The notes under the pieces are model-generated. The model made no database searches. It was not told where the DNA came from and saw nothing but the letters and a program-made list of their open reading frames with translations. The position numbers and the translations under genes are program-made. 64,000 nucleotides of DNA from Thermoflexus sp. (GTDB taxonomy: Bacteria > Chloroflexota > Anaerolineae > Thermoflexales > Thermoflexaceae): positions 1,402 to 65,401 of the forward strand of contig NZ_PSLG01000004.1 of NCBI RefSeq assembly GCF_040289485.1, in the 5' to 3' direction. Below are positions 21,685 through 33,187 of this stretch, one piece after another; positions within the stretch are counted from its first letter, which is position 1; each line of letters begins with the position of its first letter.

Positions 21685-22344
21685 ATGGGTGCGGTCCGCA
21701 AGGTGTCGGAAATCGTGATTGGACGCCTTCCGATCTACTTGCGGGCGCTGCAGGTGATGGCGGCGGAGGGGCGCGAGGTCACCTCCTCCCAGGAGCTGGG
21801 GGAGCGCCTGGGGATCAGCTCGGCCCAGATCCGCAAGGATCTCTCTTACTTCGGCAACTTTGGGAAGCAGGGGACCGGTTATCGGATCCCAGACCTGATC
21901 GCGCATCTCAAGCGCATCCTGAAGGTGGACCGGACGTGGGACATGATCCTGGTGGGGGCTGGGAACCTGGGGCACGCCCTGGCCCAGTATCAGGGGTTCG
22001 TCCCGCGGGGCTTCCGTCTGGTTGCCATCTTCGACAACGATCCGGAGAAGATCGGACGGCCGGTGGGCCCCCACATCGTCCGGGACGTGCAGGAGCTCCC
22101 CGAGTTCGTGGCCGCCCATCGGATCCAGATCGCTATGATCGCGGTGCCTGCCTCCGCCGCCCAGGAGGTCGCCGATCTCTGCGTCCAAGCCGGGATCCGC
22201 GCCCTCCTCAACTACGCGCCGATCCACCTGCGGGTCCCGCCAGGCGTGTGGGTCCAATACATCGATCCGGTGATCCACCTGCAACAGATGACTTATTATC
22301 TGGAGGACGCCGGCGGGCCGGCGGAAGGCGCGGCTGCCGGCTGA
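21685..22344 (+). CDS. rex: Redox-sensing transcriptional repressor Rex
   Basis: 'RLPIYLRAL', '[29 protein letters not shown]', 'VGAGNLG.AL', 'ALLNYAP'. Confidence 0.97.
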   Translation: MGAVRKVSEIVIGRLPIYLRALQVMAAEGREVTSSQELGERLGISSAQIRKDLSYFGNFGKQGTGYRIPDLIAHLKRILKVDRTWDMILVGAGNLGHALAQYQGFVPRGFRLVAIFDNDPEKIGRPVGPHIVRDVQELPEFVAAHRIQIAMIAVPASAAQEVADLCVQAGIRALLNYAPIHLRVPPGVWVQYIDPVIHLQQMTYYLEDAGGPAEGAAAG

Positions 22345-22353
22345 GGGCATCCC

Positions 22354-22375
22354 CTACCGCGCGCTCGGGCGGTAG
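22354..22375. terminator. Hairpin between convergent rex and mreB
   Basis: CTACCGC-N8-GCGGTAG. Confidence 0.4.
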
Positions 22376-22404
22376 AACCCATTCGAACGGCGAGGGGCTT
22401 CTCC

Positions 22405-23427
22405 TCAGAGCGAGGACCAGATCGTTGTGAGGGTGCGCCGGAACAGGTGGATGTTTTCGAGGGCCTTCCCCGCCCCGATGGCCACACAAGCCATCGGGGC
22501 GTCGGCCACGTAAGCGGGGACGCCGGTCTGGCGGGTGAGCAGCTCGTCGATGCGCCGCAGCATCGCCCCTCCACCGACCAGGGCCATGCCGCGATCGATG
22601 ATGTCCGAGGCCAGCTCAGGGGGCGTGCGCTCCAGGACCGCCCGCACCACCCCGATGATCGCTTGCAACGGCTCCTGGATGGCCTCCAGGACCTCATCGG
22701 AGCTCAAAGAGATGGTGCGCGGCAGCCCGCTCACCAGGTCCCTCCCCTGCACCTCCATGGCCAGCGGTGGGTCGATAGGAAGGGCTGTCCCGATTTGGAT
22801 CTTCACCTGCTCCGCCGTCGGCTCCCCGATGGCCAGGTTGTATTTCCGCCGCACGTAGCCGATGATGGCCTCGTCCATGCGGATCCCGCCCACCCGCACC
22901 GAGTGGGCGGTCACGATCCCCAGCATGGAGATCACCGCCGCCTCGGTGGTCCCGCCCCCCAGGTCGACGACCATGTTCCCCGTGGGGGTATCCACGGGGA
23001 GGCCGGCGCCCAGGGCAGCCGCCAACGGCTCCGGGATCAGGTAGACGTGGCTGGGGTGGGCGCCGGCGGCCACGGCGGCCTCGTGCACCGCCCGGCTCTC
23101 CACGCTGGTCACCCCGTAGGGCACGGAGATCATCACATGGGGTCGGAAGAGGCGGATGGGACCGCAGACCTTGGCGATGAAGTAGCGCAGCATCCGCTCG
23201 GTGACATAATAATCGGCGATCACCCCGTCCCGCAGCGGGCGGATCACCTCGATGATCTCCGGCGTGCGGCCATACATCGCCCGCGCCTCTTCGCCGACCG
23301 CCAGGATCTCGTCCCCATCCACTGGCATGGCCACGACGGAGGGCTCCTGGAGGACAACCCCCCGGCCGACCTCATAGACCAGCACGTTGGCCGTGCCCAA
23401 ATCGATGCCCAGCCGCTTGACCCACAT
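22405..23427 (-). CDS. mreB: Rod shape-determining protein MreB/Mbl
   Basis: 'GIDLGTAN', 'EPSVVA', 'PLRDGVIAD', '[10 protein letters not shown]', 'VDLGGGTTE', 'LVGGGAML'. Confidence 0.95.
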   Translation of the reverse strand: MWVKRLGIDLGTANVLVYEVGRGVVLQEPSVVAMPVDGDEILAVGEEARAMYGRTPEIIEVIRPLRDGVIADYYVTERMLRYFIAKVCGPIRLFRPHVMISVPYGVTSVESRAVHEAAVAAGAHPSHVYLIPEPLAAALGAGLPVDTPTGNMVVDLGGGTTEAAVISMLGIVTAHSVRVGGIRMDEAIIGYVRRKYNLAIGEPTAEQVKIQIGTALPIDPPLAMEVQGRDLVSGLPRTISLSSDEVLEAIQEPLQAIIGVVRAVLERTPPELASDIIDRGMALVGGGAMLRRIDELLTRQTGVPAYVADAPMACVAIGAGKALENIHLFRRTLTTIWSSL

Positions 23428-23432
23428 GGCCC

Positions 23433-23861
23433 TCAACCCGCATGACCTTCTCGGCGGATGCGGCGGCGGCGGGCGACCTCCAAGCGGACCCGGGAGCGAC
23501 GCAGGGCGGCCAGGGCGGCATTCAGGTCGACGCCCGCTGGCTGCTCCTTGAGGATCTGCTCCGCCCGCTGGCGGGCCTCCTCTGCCCGGGCCACGTCGAT
23601 CTCTTCGGCCCGCTCTGCCACATCGGCCAAGACGATCACCTTCTCCGGGGTCACCTCCATGAACCCCCCGTGGATGGCGAACCACAACTCCTCGCTTCCT
23701 CGCCGGGCCAGCAGAGGGCCGATGCCCAGGGCCGTGAGCAGGGGCGCGTGCCCGGGCAGGATCCCCAGTTCCCCCTCCGCCCCGGGGGCCACCACCATGT
23801 CCACATCGCCGCTGAACAACGCCCGCTCCTGGGTGACGATCTCTAAACGCAACGGGCTCAT
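23433..23861 (-). CDS. atpC: ATP synthase epsilon subunit
   Basis: 'LEIVT', '[14 protein letters not shown]', 'GGFMEV', C-terminal helical hairpin. Confidence 0.95.
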   Translation of the reverse strand: MSPLRLEIVTQERALFSGDVDMVVAPGAEGELGILPGHAPLLTALGIGPLLARRGSEELWFAIHGGFMEVTPEKVIVLADVAERAEEIDVARAEEARQRAEQILKEQPAGVDLNAALAALRRSRVRLEVARRRRIRREGHAG

Positions 23862-23910
23862 CCGCCGATCCCCTCCGGCAAGGAGATGACGAAGGGCGCG
23901 CCGGCCCCGC

Positions 23911-25326
<1,416 letters not shown>

Positions 25327-25400
25327 TCACCTCCCCGACGAAAGGATATGGTCTGCGACCTCTGGCGTGCGCCCGTGGTTGCTCCGCACATCCGCGCCGC

Positions 25401-26351
25401 TCACCGGCCCGGCGCCCCCTGGACCCGGGCCCGGATCTGGGCGCGGGCGGCCTGGCGCATGGCCTCGGCGCCGCCGGCGATGTCCAGCATCTCGCTGGTG
25501 ATGGACTGCTGGCGCGCCTTGTTGTAGTTCAGGGTCAGGGTGTAGATCAGGTTTTCTGCGTTTTCCGTGGCGTTGCGCATGGCCACCATGCGGGCGGAGT
25601 GCTCGCTGGCCAGGCTCTCCAGCACAGCCTGGTAGACCTGGAGCTCCACAAAGCGCGGCAAGATCACCTCCAGCAACTGGGCAGGATCCGGCTCGTAGAG
25701 GAAGGTCTTGTTGGCCACCGCCCTTGTGTCGATGCGCTCGACGGCCTCGGGGACCGCCGGCTCGGGCCCGCCGGTCAGGCGGAGGGGGAGCAGCCGGCGC
25801 ACCCGCGGGCGCTGCACCATCGTGTTGATGAAATCCGTGTAGGCCACGTAGACCTCGTCGAAGTTCCCGCGGAGGAACTCCTCCATAGCCACCCGGGCGA
25901 TCGGCCGCACGTCCGCGAAGCGGGGCCAGCGCGGCATGGGGGAGAAGTCTGCCACCAGGGGACCCCGCACCCGCGCCACCGCGTCCCGCCCCTTGCGGCC
26001 CACCGTCAGGAAGGAGACCGGCGCTCGGCTCACCGCTGCGAAGCGGAAAGCCAGGCGGATGATGTTGTCGTTATAAGCCCCGCACAGCCCACGATCCGCC
26101 GTGATCAGCACGAGCAAGGCGCGCCGGACCGGGCGGACCTCCAAGAGGGGGTGGAGCAACGCCCCGGCCTCGGCCTGGTGGGCTAGATGGACCAGGACCT
26201 CCCAGGCCTTCTGGGAATAAGGACGGGAGGCCAGGGTCATCTCCTGGGCCCGCCGCATCTTGGAGGCGGAGACCGCCTCCATGGCCCGGGTGATCTGGGC
26301 GATGCTGCGAACCGTTCGAAGGCGGCGCCTCAACTCCCGCAGGGTCGGCAC
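25401..26351 (-). CDS. atpG: ATP synthase gamma subunit
   Basis: 'ITRAMEAVSASK', 'TADRGLCG.YN', 'SEHSARMVAM.NAT.NA', 'RQQSITSEMLDI'. Confidence 0.97.
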   Translation of the reverse strand: MPTLRELRRRLRTVRSIAQITRAMEAVSASKMRRAQEMTLASRPYSQKAWEVLVHLAHQAEAGALLHPLLEVRPVRRALLVLITADRGLCGAYNDNIIRLAFRFAAVSRAPVSFLTVGRKGRDAVARVRGPLVADFSPMPRWPRFADVRPIARVAMEEFLRGNFDEVYVAYTDFINTMVQRPRVRRLLPLRLTGGPEPAVPEAVERIDTRAVANKTFLYEPDPAQLLEVILPRFVELQVYQAVLESLASEHSARMVAMRNATENAENLIYTLTLNYNKARQQSITSEMLDIAGGAEAMRQAARAQIRARVQGAPGR

Positions 26352-26526
26352 ACACACCTCCTCATCGGCTCAGGATGCTGCCCCCCCGCGCCCGAGAGGA
26401 TCTGGCCCCAGCTTCAACCTCACGGGAGCAGGGAATCCCTCACAACCGCTCCGTCCGCACCCGGGTGGAACAGCACCATCTCCACCTGGACACGGGCTGC
26501 CGCCGCGGCCATCCCGCCGGCCCCCC

Positions 26527-28218
26527 TCACCCCGCCAGCCAGGTCCGGTTGAACTCCTCGATGGCCCGCCGGAGCTTCTCCTCGGTCTCCTTGGTGATCT
26601 CCTTGCGCTCGGCGATGTCCCGGCCGACCTCCGGGTAGTTGGCGGCCATGAACCGGAGGAACTCCTTCTCCCACTGGCGCACCTTCTCCACTGGGATGGG
26701 GTCCAGATAGCCGTTGGTCCCGGCGAAGATCACCATCACCTGCTCCTCGAGGGGCATCGGCTCATACTGGGGCTGCTTGAGGATCTCGGTGAGCCGCTTG
26801 CCCCGCTCAATGATGGCCAGGGTCGTCTTGTCCAGGTCGGAGCCGAACTGGACGAAGGCGGCCAGTTCCCGGAACTGGGCCATCTCCAGCCGCAGGCGCC
26901 CGGCCACCTGTTTCATGGCTTTGGTCTGGGCCGCGCCGCCGACGCGCGAGACCGAGATCCCCACGTTGACCGCCGGCCGGATGCCGGCGTTGAACAGATC
27001 CGTCTCCAGGTAGATCTGTCCGTCGGTGATGGAGATCACGTTGGTGGGGATGTAGGCGGATACGTCCCCCAACTGGGTCTCGACGATGGGCAACGCCGTG
27101 AGGCTCCCGCCGGACCCCTTCACCTTCAGGATCTTCAGGTTGTCCTTATCGGGGCGGGCCTGGAGGACCTGCAGGGCTTCCTTATAGCCCAGGGGGCCGG
27201 TGTAAACTTTCCCGTCCACCCCTTCCTTCGTGTCCTCCGGCGCATCCTTGGGGACCAGGATGTATTTGTTGGCCAGACGGGCGGCCCGCTCCAGCAATCG
27301 GGAGTGGAGATAGAAGATGTCGCCGGGATAGGCCTCGCGGCCGGGCGGGCGACGGAGCAACAGGGAGACCTGTCGGTAGGCCCAAGCGTGCTTAGTGAGG
27401 TCATCATAGACGATGAGGGCGTCGTTGACCAACTGGCCATCGACGATCACACCGTTCTCCATGACCTCCTCGCCCATCGCGCAGCCCGCGTAGGGGGCGA
27501 TGTATTGGAGGGCCGCCGGGTCGGAGGCGGAGGCCACCACCACGATGGTGTAGTCCATGGCCCCATAGCGCTCCAGGGTGGCCACCAGGCGGGCGACCTG
27601 GGCCCGTTTCTGGCCGATGGCCACGTAGATGCAGACCATCCCCTTGCCCTTCTGGTTGATGATGGTGTCCACCGCCAGCGCCGTCTTGCCCGTCTGGCGG
27701 TCCCCGATGATCAACTCCCGCTGGCCGCGGCCGATGGGGATCATCGCATCGATGGCCTTGATGCCGGTCTGGACCGGCGTGTCCACATCCTGGCGCTTGG
27801 TCACGCCGGGGGCGATGCGCTCGATGGGCCGGTACCGATCGGTGACGATGGGGCCCTTCCCGTCCAGGGGGCGGCCCAGCGGGTCCACCACCCGCCCCAG
27901 CAGGGCCTGGCCCACCGGAACGGAGGCGATGCGGCCGGTGCCACGCACCTTCATCCCCTGTCGGATCCCGCTGAAATCCCCGAGGATGATGACGCCGATG
28001 TTGTCCCGCTCCAGGTTGAAGGCGATCCCCATCACGCCGTTCTCGAACTCCACCAGCTCGCTGGCCATCACATTGCTGAGGCCCGAGCAGCGGGCGATGC
28101 CGTCACCGGCCTCGATCACCTCGCCGATCTCGGCCATCTCCACTGTGGGCATGAAGGTCTCGATGCGCTGTTGTAAGGAGGCAATCCACTCCTGCCAGAT
28201 CTCCGACCGATCGGCCAT
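26527..28218 (-). CDS. atpA: ATP synthase alpha subunit with a ~50-aa insertion
   Basis: 'GDGIAR', '[17 protein letters not shown]', '[12 protein letters not shown]', '[16 protein letters not shown]'. Confidence 0.99.
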   Translation of the reverse strand: MADRSEIWQEWIASLQQRIETFMPTVEMAEIGEVIEAGDGIARCSGLSNVMASELVEFENGVMGIAFNLERDNIGVIILGDFSGIRQGMKVRGTGRIASVPVGQALLGRVVDPLGRPLDGKGPIVTDRYRPIERIAPGVTKRQDVDTPVQTGIKAIDAMIPIGRGQRELIIGDRQTGKTALAVDTIINQKGKGMVCIYVAIGQKRAQVARLVATLERYGAMDYTIVVVASASDPAALQYIAPYAGCAMGEEVMENGVIVDGQLVNDALIVYDDLTKHAWAYRQVSLLLRRPPGREAYPGDIFYLHSRLLERAARLANKYILVPKDAPEDTKEGVDGKVYTGPLGYKEALQVLQARPDKDNLKILKVKGSGGSLTALPIVETQLGDVSAYIPTNVISITDGQIYLETDLFNAGIRPAVNVGISVSRVGGAAQTKAMKQVAGRLRLEMAQFRELAAFVQFGSDLDKTTLAIIERGKRLTEILKQPQYEPMPLEEQVMVIFAGTNGYLDPIPVEKVRQWEKEFLRFMAANYPEVGRDIAERKEITKETEEKLRRAIEEFNRTWLAG

Positions 28219-28263
28219 CGCATCCCCTCCTGCGCGGAAGTTTTGGAAGAGAGCCGGTCCCTG

Positions 28264-28836
28264 TCAGCAGCGAGGCTTCCCCAGGATCTCCTCCACCGGC
28301 AAGACGCAGTCCGGGAAGGCCAGCGGCGCCAGGGTCTCCCCCGGCCCCAGGCGGCGCACCGACCGGTAGCCCTCCACCCCAGGCTCCCGGTATACCTCCA
28401 CCACCCCCGCCGCCAGATCCACCAGCCAAAACTCCGGGATCCCCGCCCGCCCATACAGCGGCGCCTTCACCCCACGATCCCCCTCCACCGAACGGTCCGC
28501 CACCTCCACCACCAACCACACATCCCCAGGACCCGGATGCTCCGCCTCGTAAAAATCCTCCCGCGGCCGCAACAAGGCCACGTCCGGCTGCGGCTCCGAA
28601 TACACCCCCAAACGGATCGGATTCTGAGGCCACACCACCGCCCGTTCCCCCAGACGTTGGCTGAAGATCCGCACCAACCGGGCCACTGTCCCCGCGTGGC
28701 GGCTCCCGATGGGCGACATCTCTAGGATCTCCCCCTCGATCAGCTCCACCCGATCGTCCTCCGAGAGGATCCCAGCCTCCCGCATCCGATGATAATCCTC
28801 CACCGTGAACAGCCGCCGAGCCACCCGAACCACCAT
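28264..28836 (-). CDS. Uma2-family (DUF820) PD-(D/E)XK endonuclease-like protein, copy A
   Basis: 'FTVEDYHRM', 'VELIEGEI', 'PQPDVAL', 'LVVEVA', 'K..LY...GIPEFWLVD'. Confidence 0.92.
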   Translation of the reverse strand: MVVRVARRLFTVEDYHRMREAGILSEDDRVELIEGEILEMSPIGSRHAGTVARLVRIFSQRLGERAVVWPQNPIRLGVYSEPQPDVALLRPREDFYEAEHPGPGDVWLVVEVADRSVEGDRGVKAPLYGRAGIPEFWLVDLAAGVVEVYREPGVEGYRSVRRLGPGETLAPLAFPDCVLPVEEILGKPRC

Positions 28837-29434
28837 CCCGACCTCCAGGTCATGTCATCGCGGATAGGACCGAAGGATCTCCTCTACCTTGAGGGCAAGA
28901 TCCGGGAAGGCCAGCGGCGCCAGGGTCTCCCCCGGCCCCAGGCGGCGCACCGACCGGTAGCCCTCCACCCCAGGCTCCCGGTATACCTCCACCACCCCCG
29001 CCGCCAGATCCACCAGCCAAAACTCCGGGATCCCCGCCCGCCCATACAGCGGCGCCTTCACCCCACGATCCCCCTCCACCGAACGGTCCGCCACCTCCAC
29101 CACCAACCACACATCCCCAGGACCCGGATGCTCCGCCTCGTAAAAATCCTCCCGCGGCCGCAACAAGGCCACGTCCGGCTGCGGCTCCGAATACACCCCC
29201 AAACGGATCGGATTCTGAGGCCACACCACCGCCCGTTCCCCCAGACGTTGGCTGAAGATCCGCACCAACCGGGCCACTGTCCCCGCGTGGCGGCTCCCGA
29301 TGGGCGACATCTCTAGGATCTCCCCCTCGATCAGCTCCACCCGATCGTCCTCCGAGAGGATCCCAGCCTCCCGCATCCGATGATAATCCTCTACCGTGAA
29401 CAGCCGCCGAGCCACCCGAACCACCATCCCGACC
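28310..29434. repeat. Direct repeat of ~534 bp (28310-28843 vs 28901-29434), period 591 bp
   Basis: Visual base-by-base comparison found one synonymous difference (C28801 vs T29392). Confidence 0.93.
28855..29427 (-). CDS. Uma2-family protein, copy B
   Basis: Identical to copy A except the last ~12 residues. Confidence 0.92.
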   Translation of the reverse strand: MVVRVARRLFTVEDYHRMREAGILSEDDRVELIEGEILEMSPIGSRHAGTVARLVRIFSQRLGERAVVWPQNPIRLGVYSEPQPDVALLRPREDFYEAEHPGPGDVWLVVEVADRSVEGDRGVKAPLYGRAGIPEFWLVDLAAGVVEVYREPGVEGYRSVRRLGPGETLAPLAFPDLALKVEEILRSYPR

Positions 29435-29440
29435 CTCCGC

Positions 29441-29471
29441 GCGTGAACAGCATCACGAAGCGATTATACCA
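29441..29471 (-). promoter_or_regulatory. Extended -10 plus palindromic operator upstream of Uma2-Uma2-atpAGDC-mreB
   Basis: TGGTATAAT (29471-29463), then CGTGA-N6-TCACG (29442-29457), the same spacing as the Rex/CRP core TGTGA-N6-TCACA, between the -10 and the RBS. Confidence 0.55.
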
Positions 29472-29473
29472 TA

Positions 29474-30538
29474 TCAGGGTCGCAGCCGGGCCACGGTCTC
29501 CGCGTCCAGGCGCCGGACCAAGGCAGTCACCAGGGCGATGGCCCGTTCGACGTCGTCGCGGTGGACGATGGCGCCGTGGCTGTGGATGTGGCGGGCGGGG
29601 ACGCCGATCACCAAGGTGGGCACGCCCCCCTTGTGAAGGTGCACGATGCCGCCGTCGGTGGCCCCGCCTTCGAGAACCGAGAACTGCACCGGGATCTGCA
29701 GGGAACGCGCGACCTCGATGGCCAGGTCGCGCAGCCGCAGGTTGGGGATCATGCGGGCGTCGTAAACCACGATGGTGGGCCCGCCGCCCAGTTTCACCGC
29801 CGACTCCTCCGGTTTGATCCCCGGCACGTCGCCGGCGATGTCGGATTCCAGGATGAGGGCCACGTCCGGGTTGACCTTCTCCACGCTGGTGGCGGCGCCC
29901 CGCAGCCCGACCTCCTCCTGAACGGTGGCCACACCGTAGACCACGTTGGGATGGCCTTCCCGGGCCAACCGGCGCATCACCTCGACCAGGACGGCGCAGC
30001 CCACCCGGTCATCGAAGGCCTTGGCCAGGTAGGTCTTCCCGTTGGCCAGCACCTGGAAGGGCGCCAGCGGAACGATGGGGTCTCCCACGCGGACGCCTGC
30101 CTCCTCGACCTCCTTCGCCGATGTCGCCCCGATGTCGATATACATATCCTTCTTCTCGATGACTTTCTTGCGCTCATCGGGCGGCAGCAGGTGGGGAGGC
30201 TTGGCGCCGATCACCCCCACCACATCCCCTTTATGGGTCTTGATGACCACCCGCTGGCCCAGGAGGACCTGATCGAACCATCCGCCCAGAGGGGTGAAGC
30301 GGATGAAACCCTCCGGCGTGACGTGCTTGACCATGAAACCGATCTCATCCATATGCGCCGCGAGCATGACGCGGGGCCCTCCCTCCCCCCGCCGGCAGAT
30401 CAGGCTGCCGATGTTGTCCTGCTCCACCTCCCCCAGGTCCTGCAGCAGCCCCCGCATGACCTCCCGGACCTCTGACTCGTAGCCGGGCACGCCGTGGGCC
30501 TCCGTCAGGATCCGAAGCAGTTCCGCCAACGCGTCCAT
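29474..30538 (-). CDS. M42 family metallo-aminopeptidase
   Basis: 'HGVPGYE', 'AAHMDEIG', 'KAFDDRVG', 'VQEEVGLRGA', 'GATDGG', 'RHIHS'. Confidence 0.95.
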   Translation of the reverse strand: MDALAELLRILTEAHGVPGYESEVREVMRGLLQDLGEVEQDNIGSLICRRGEGGPRVMLAAHMDEIGFMVKHVTPEGFIRFTPLGGWFDQVLLGQRVVIKTHKGDVVGVIGAKPPHLLPPDERKKVIEKKDMYIDIGATSAKEVEEAGVRVGDPIVPLAPFQVLANGKTYLAKAFDDRVGCAVLVEVMRRLAREGHPNVVYGVATVQEEVGLRGAATSVEKVNPDVALILESDIAGDVPGIKPEESAVKLGGGPTIVVYDARMIPNLRLRDLAIEVARSLQIPVQFSVLEGGATDGGIVHLHKGGVPTLVIGVPARHIHSHGAIVHRDDVERAIALVTALVRRLDAETVARLRP

Positions 30539-30589
30539 CGAGATCCTCCTTCAGGGCGGGATCAGAACAGAAAGATCGTCCCCTTGTCC

Positions 30590-31831
30590 TCAAGATAAGG
30601 GAAGCACTCGTACCTCGAGAGGCACGTGATGCCAGGTCCCGTTCATCGCCACCAGCCCGCCGCGCTCCGGATGCCTTCCCGAGGTGATCCGGAGCGCACA
30701 GGCCCGATCCTGGCGGTCGTAGACCGTGGTGGCCGTCCCATCGGTGACCACAGCCGAGATCCAATAAAGTCCCTCCAGCAAGGGCACCGCGGGGATGGCA
30801 TACACCACCTCGCCGACCCCCTCCACGGCGGGCAGCGCCAGCCCGCCCTCGCGGGTGTTGGGCTCCCCCAGACGGAGGCCGTCGGACCGCTGGAGGGCCA
30901 AGCCGAAGACCGGCCGCTCCACCCGCGTCGATGCCCGATAGACCACGCGAATGGATATAGCCTCGCCGGTCTCGAACTCCTCTCGCTCCCGCCCATGGCC
31001 GTCCGTCAAATACACCCGCTCGATGCGCAGCGGGGAGCGGGGCGCAGGGATGGGGATCGGGCGGGCCGCCTCGTGCGCTTCCACCGCCGCCAGGTACGCC
31101 TGGGCCACGGCCTCGGGCGATCCTTCCATCCGGAGCCGTCCATGGTCCAGCCAGAGGGCCCGGTGGCAGAGCCATCGCACGGCGCCCAGATCGTGGGAGA
31201 CCAACAGGATGGTCACCCCAGACCGTTGCAGGGCTGTGAGGTGCTCCAGGCATTTCCGTTGGAACGCTGCGTCCCCCACCGCCAGGACCTCGTCGACGAG
31301 CAGGATCTCCGGGTCCAGGTGGGCGGCCACCGCGAAGGCGAGGCGCACATACATCCCCGAGGAGTAGTGCTTGACGGGGACGTCGATGAAGTCCTCCAGT
31401 TCGGCGAAGGCGACGATGGCCTCGAGCCGGCGGGCCATCTCCCGACGGGAGAGACCCAGGAAGGCCCCGTTCAAAAATACGTTCTCCCGGCCGGTGAGTT
31501 CCGGGTGAAACCCCACCCCCAGTTCCAAGAGGGCGGCTACCCGGCCTCGCACCTCCACCCGCCCGGCGGTGGGCTCCAGGACGCGGGCAGCCAACTTGAG
31601 GACGGTGCTCTTCCCCGCCCCATTGGAGCCGATCACCCCCACCGTCTCCCCAGGCCCGACCTCGAAGGAGACCTCTCGCAACGCCCAGAAAACCTCACCC
31701 GAGGAGCGCCGCCAGAGCCGCCACCCCTGAATGAACAATTCGTGGAAGGAGCGGGGGCGCTGGCGGTGGGCGGCGAATCGTTTGGACACTCGATCGAATC
31801 GGATCGCCCCGGGCTGGATGGCGGAGGCCAT
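30590..31831 (-). CDS. Wzt-type polysaccharide ABC exporter ATPase with C-terminal Wzt_C domain
   Basis: 'FWALREVSF', 'GSNGAGKST', 'GFHPELTGREN', 'PVKHYSSGMYVRLAFA', 'LVSHD', C-terminal beta domain. Confidence 0.93.
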   Translation of the reverse strand: MASAIQPGAIRFDRVSKRFAAHRQRPRSFHELFIQGWRLWRRSSGEVFWALREVSFEVGPGETVGVIGSNGAGKSTVLKLAARVLEPTAGRVEVRGRVAALLELGVGFHPELTGRENVFLNGAFLGLSRREMARRLEAIVAFAELEDFIDVPVKHYSSGMYVRLAFAVAAHLDPEILLVDEVLAVGDAAFQRKCLEHLTALQRSGVTILLVSHDLGAVRWLCHRALWLDHGRLRMEGSPEAVAQAYLAAVEAHEAARPIPIPAPRSPLRIERVYLTDGHGREREEFETGEAISIRVVYRASTRVERPVFGLALQRSDGLRLGEPNTREGGLALPAVEGVGEVVYAIPAVPLLEGLYWISAVVTDGTATTVYDRQDRACALRITSGRHPERGGLVAMNGTWHHVPLEVRVLPLS

Positions 31832-31843
31832 GCCCCTCCCCGT

Positions 31844-32722
31844 TCAGGCCTGGACTTTCAGACGGGCGGCCACGATCTCGGCGATCTCCTCGGGATGGCG
31901 GGCGACCGGGATCCCCACGCTCTCCAGCTTGGCGATCTTCTCCGCTGCGGATCCAGCGCCCCCCTCGATGATGGCACCAGCGTGGCCCATACGCTTGCCC
32001 GGCGGGGCGGTCCGGCCGGCGATGAAGGCGGTCACCGGCTTGCTCATGCGGGTGGCGATGAAATCGGCCGCCCGCTCCTCCTCGGTGCCGCCGATCTCCC
32101 CGATCAGGACGATGTGCTCCGTCTGGGGATCCTCCTCGAACATGGCCAGGATCTCCACGAAGTTGGTGCCGGGGATGGGATCGCCGCCGATGCCCACGCA
32201 CGTGCTCTGGCCGATCCCTCGCTGGCTCAGGGCCGCGATCACCTCATAGGTGAGGGTCCCGGAGCGGGAGACGATGCCCACCGGTCCCGGCCGGGTGATG
32301 TGGCCGGGGATGATCCCCACTTTGCTCTCCCCGGGCGTGATCAGCCCCGGGCCGTTGGGGCCGATCAGGCGCACCCCCTTGCGGTCCAGGTAAGCGCGGA
32401 CGCAGATCATATCGTGGACGGGGATTCCTTCGGTGATGCAAACAATCAGGGGGATCCCGGCGTCGGCGGCCTCCAGGATGGCATCGGGGGCGAAGCGGGC
32501 CGGCACAAAGATCACTGAGCAATTGGCCCCGGTGGCCTCCACCGCCTCCTGCACGGTGTCGAAGACCGGAACCCCCAGCACCCACTGCCCGCCCTTGCCG
32601 GGGGTGACCCCTGCCACCACCTGGGTGCCGTATTCGAGCATCTGTCGGGTATGGAACTGGCCCTCGCGGCCGGTGATCCCCTGAACCACCACGCGGGTGT
32701 TGCGGTTGATCAGGATGCTCAT
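31844..32722 (-). CDS. sucD: Succinyl-CoA synthetase alpha subunit
   Basis: 'VQGITG', 'GVTPGKGG', 'ITEGIP', 'SRSGTLTYE', phospho-His 'MGHAGA'. Confidence 0.98.
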   Translation of the reverse strand: MSILINRNTRVVVQGITGREGQFHTRQMLEYGTQVVAGVTPGKGGQWVLGVPVFDTVQEAVEATGANCSVIFVPARFAPDAILEAADAGIPLIVCITEGIPVHDMICVRAYLDRKGVRLIGPNGPGLITPGESKVGIIPGHITRPGPVGIVSRSGTLTYEVIAALSQRGIGQSTCVGIGGDPIPGTNFVEILAMFEEDPQTEHIVLIGEIGGTEEERAADFIATRMSKPVTAFIAGRTAPPGKRMGHAGAIIEGGAGSAAEKIAKLESVGIPVARHPEEIAEIVAARLKVQA

Positions 32723-32789
32723 GGCCTGCTCTCCTCATCGGTTAAACAATCGTCGCTCCGGTCCAGAAAGAGACTTCGACGGCTCCCCG

Positions 32790-33099
32790 CCCCAGGCCAG
32801 GGACGTCCCCCAGATGGGCCGGCCTTCCCGCAGCGCGGTCCGGACCAGCAAGCCCGGCTGTCGGGCCAGGTTCCGCGCCTCTTCTTGATTGTAAACGAGA
32901 ACCCTATGAGAAGGCCGACCCGCCAGGGCATCTCTGGCTCTGGGAAAGGTTCCCGGGCCTCGCGGACGATGGCCAGAAGATCCCCGTCGCTGCCCGGCCC
33001 CTCTTCGTCGCGGGCAATGGAACCGAACCGCCACACCTGCTGGATCTTGACCGCCGCTCGATCACCGCAAAGAGCCAACGCGTCAAGCCTGCAGCCCAT
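32790..33099 (-). pseudogene. Frameshifted minimal nucleotidyltransferase (MNT/MntA-like)
   Basis: One frame gives 'QVWRFGSIARDEEGPGSDGDLLAIV' (GS...DxD); another gives 'VLVYNQEEARNL...LVRTALREGRPIW', the typical MNT C-terminus. The two are joined by a frameshift near 32900-32930. Confidence 0.65.
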
Positions 33100-33187
33100 C
33101 CGGCGACGGAACTTGCTCAGGCGTGACAGAGACCGGCCTGCACGGGCTTCCCCCCCGCCAGCGATTCATCTGGATCCCCGCATCGAC

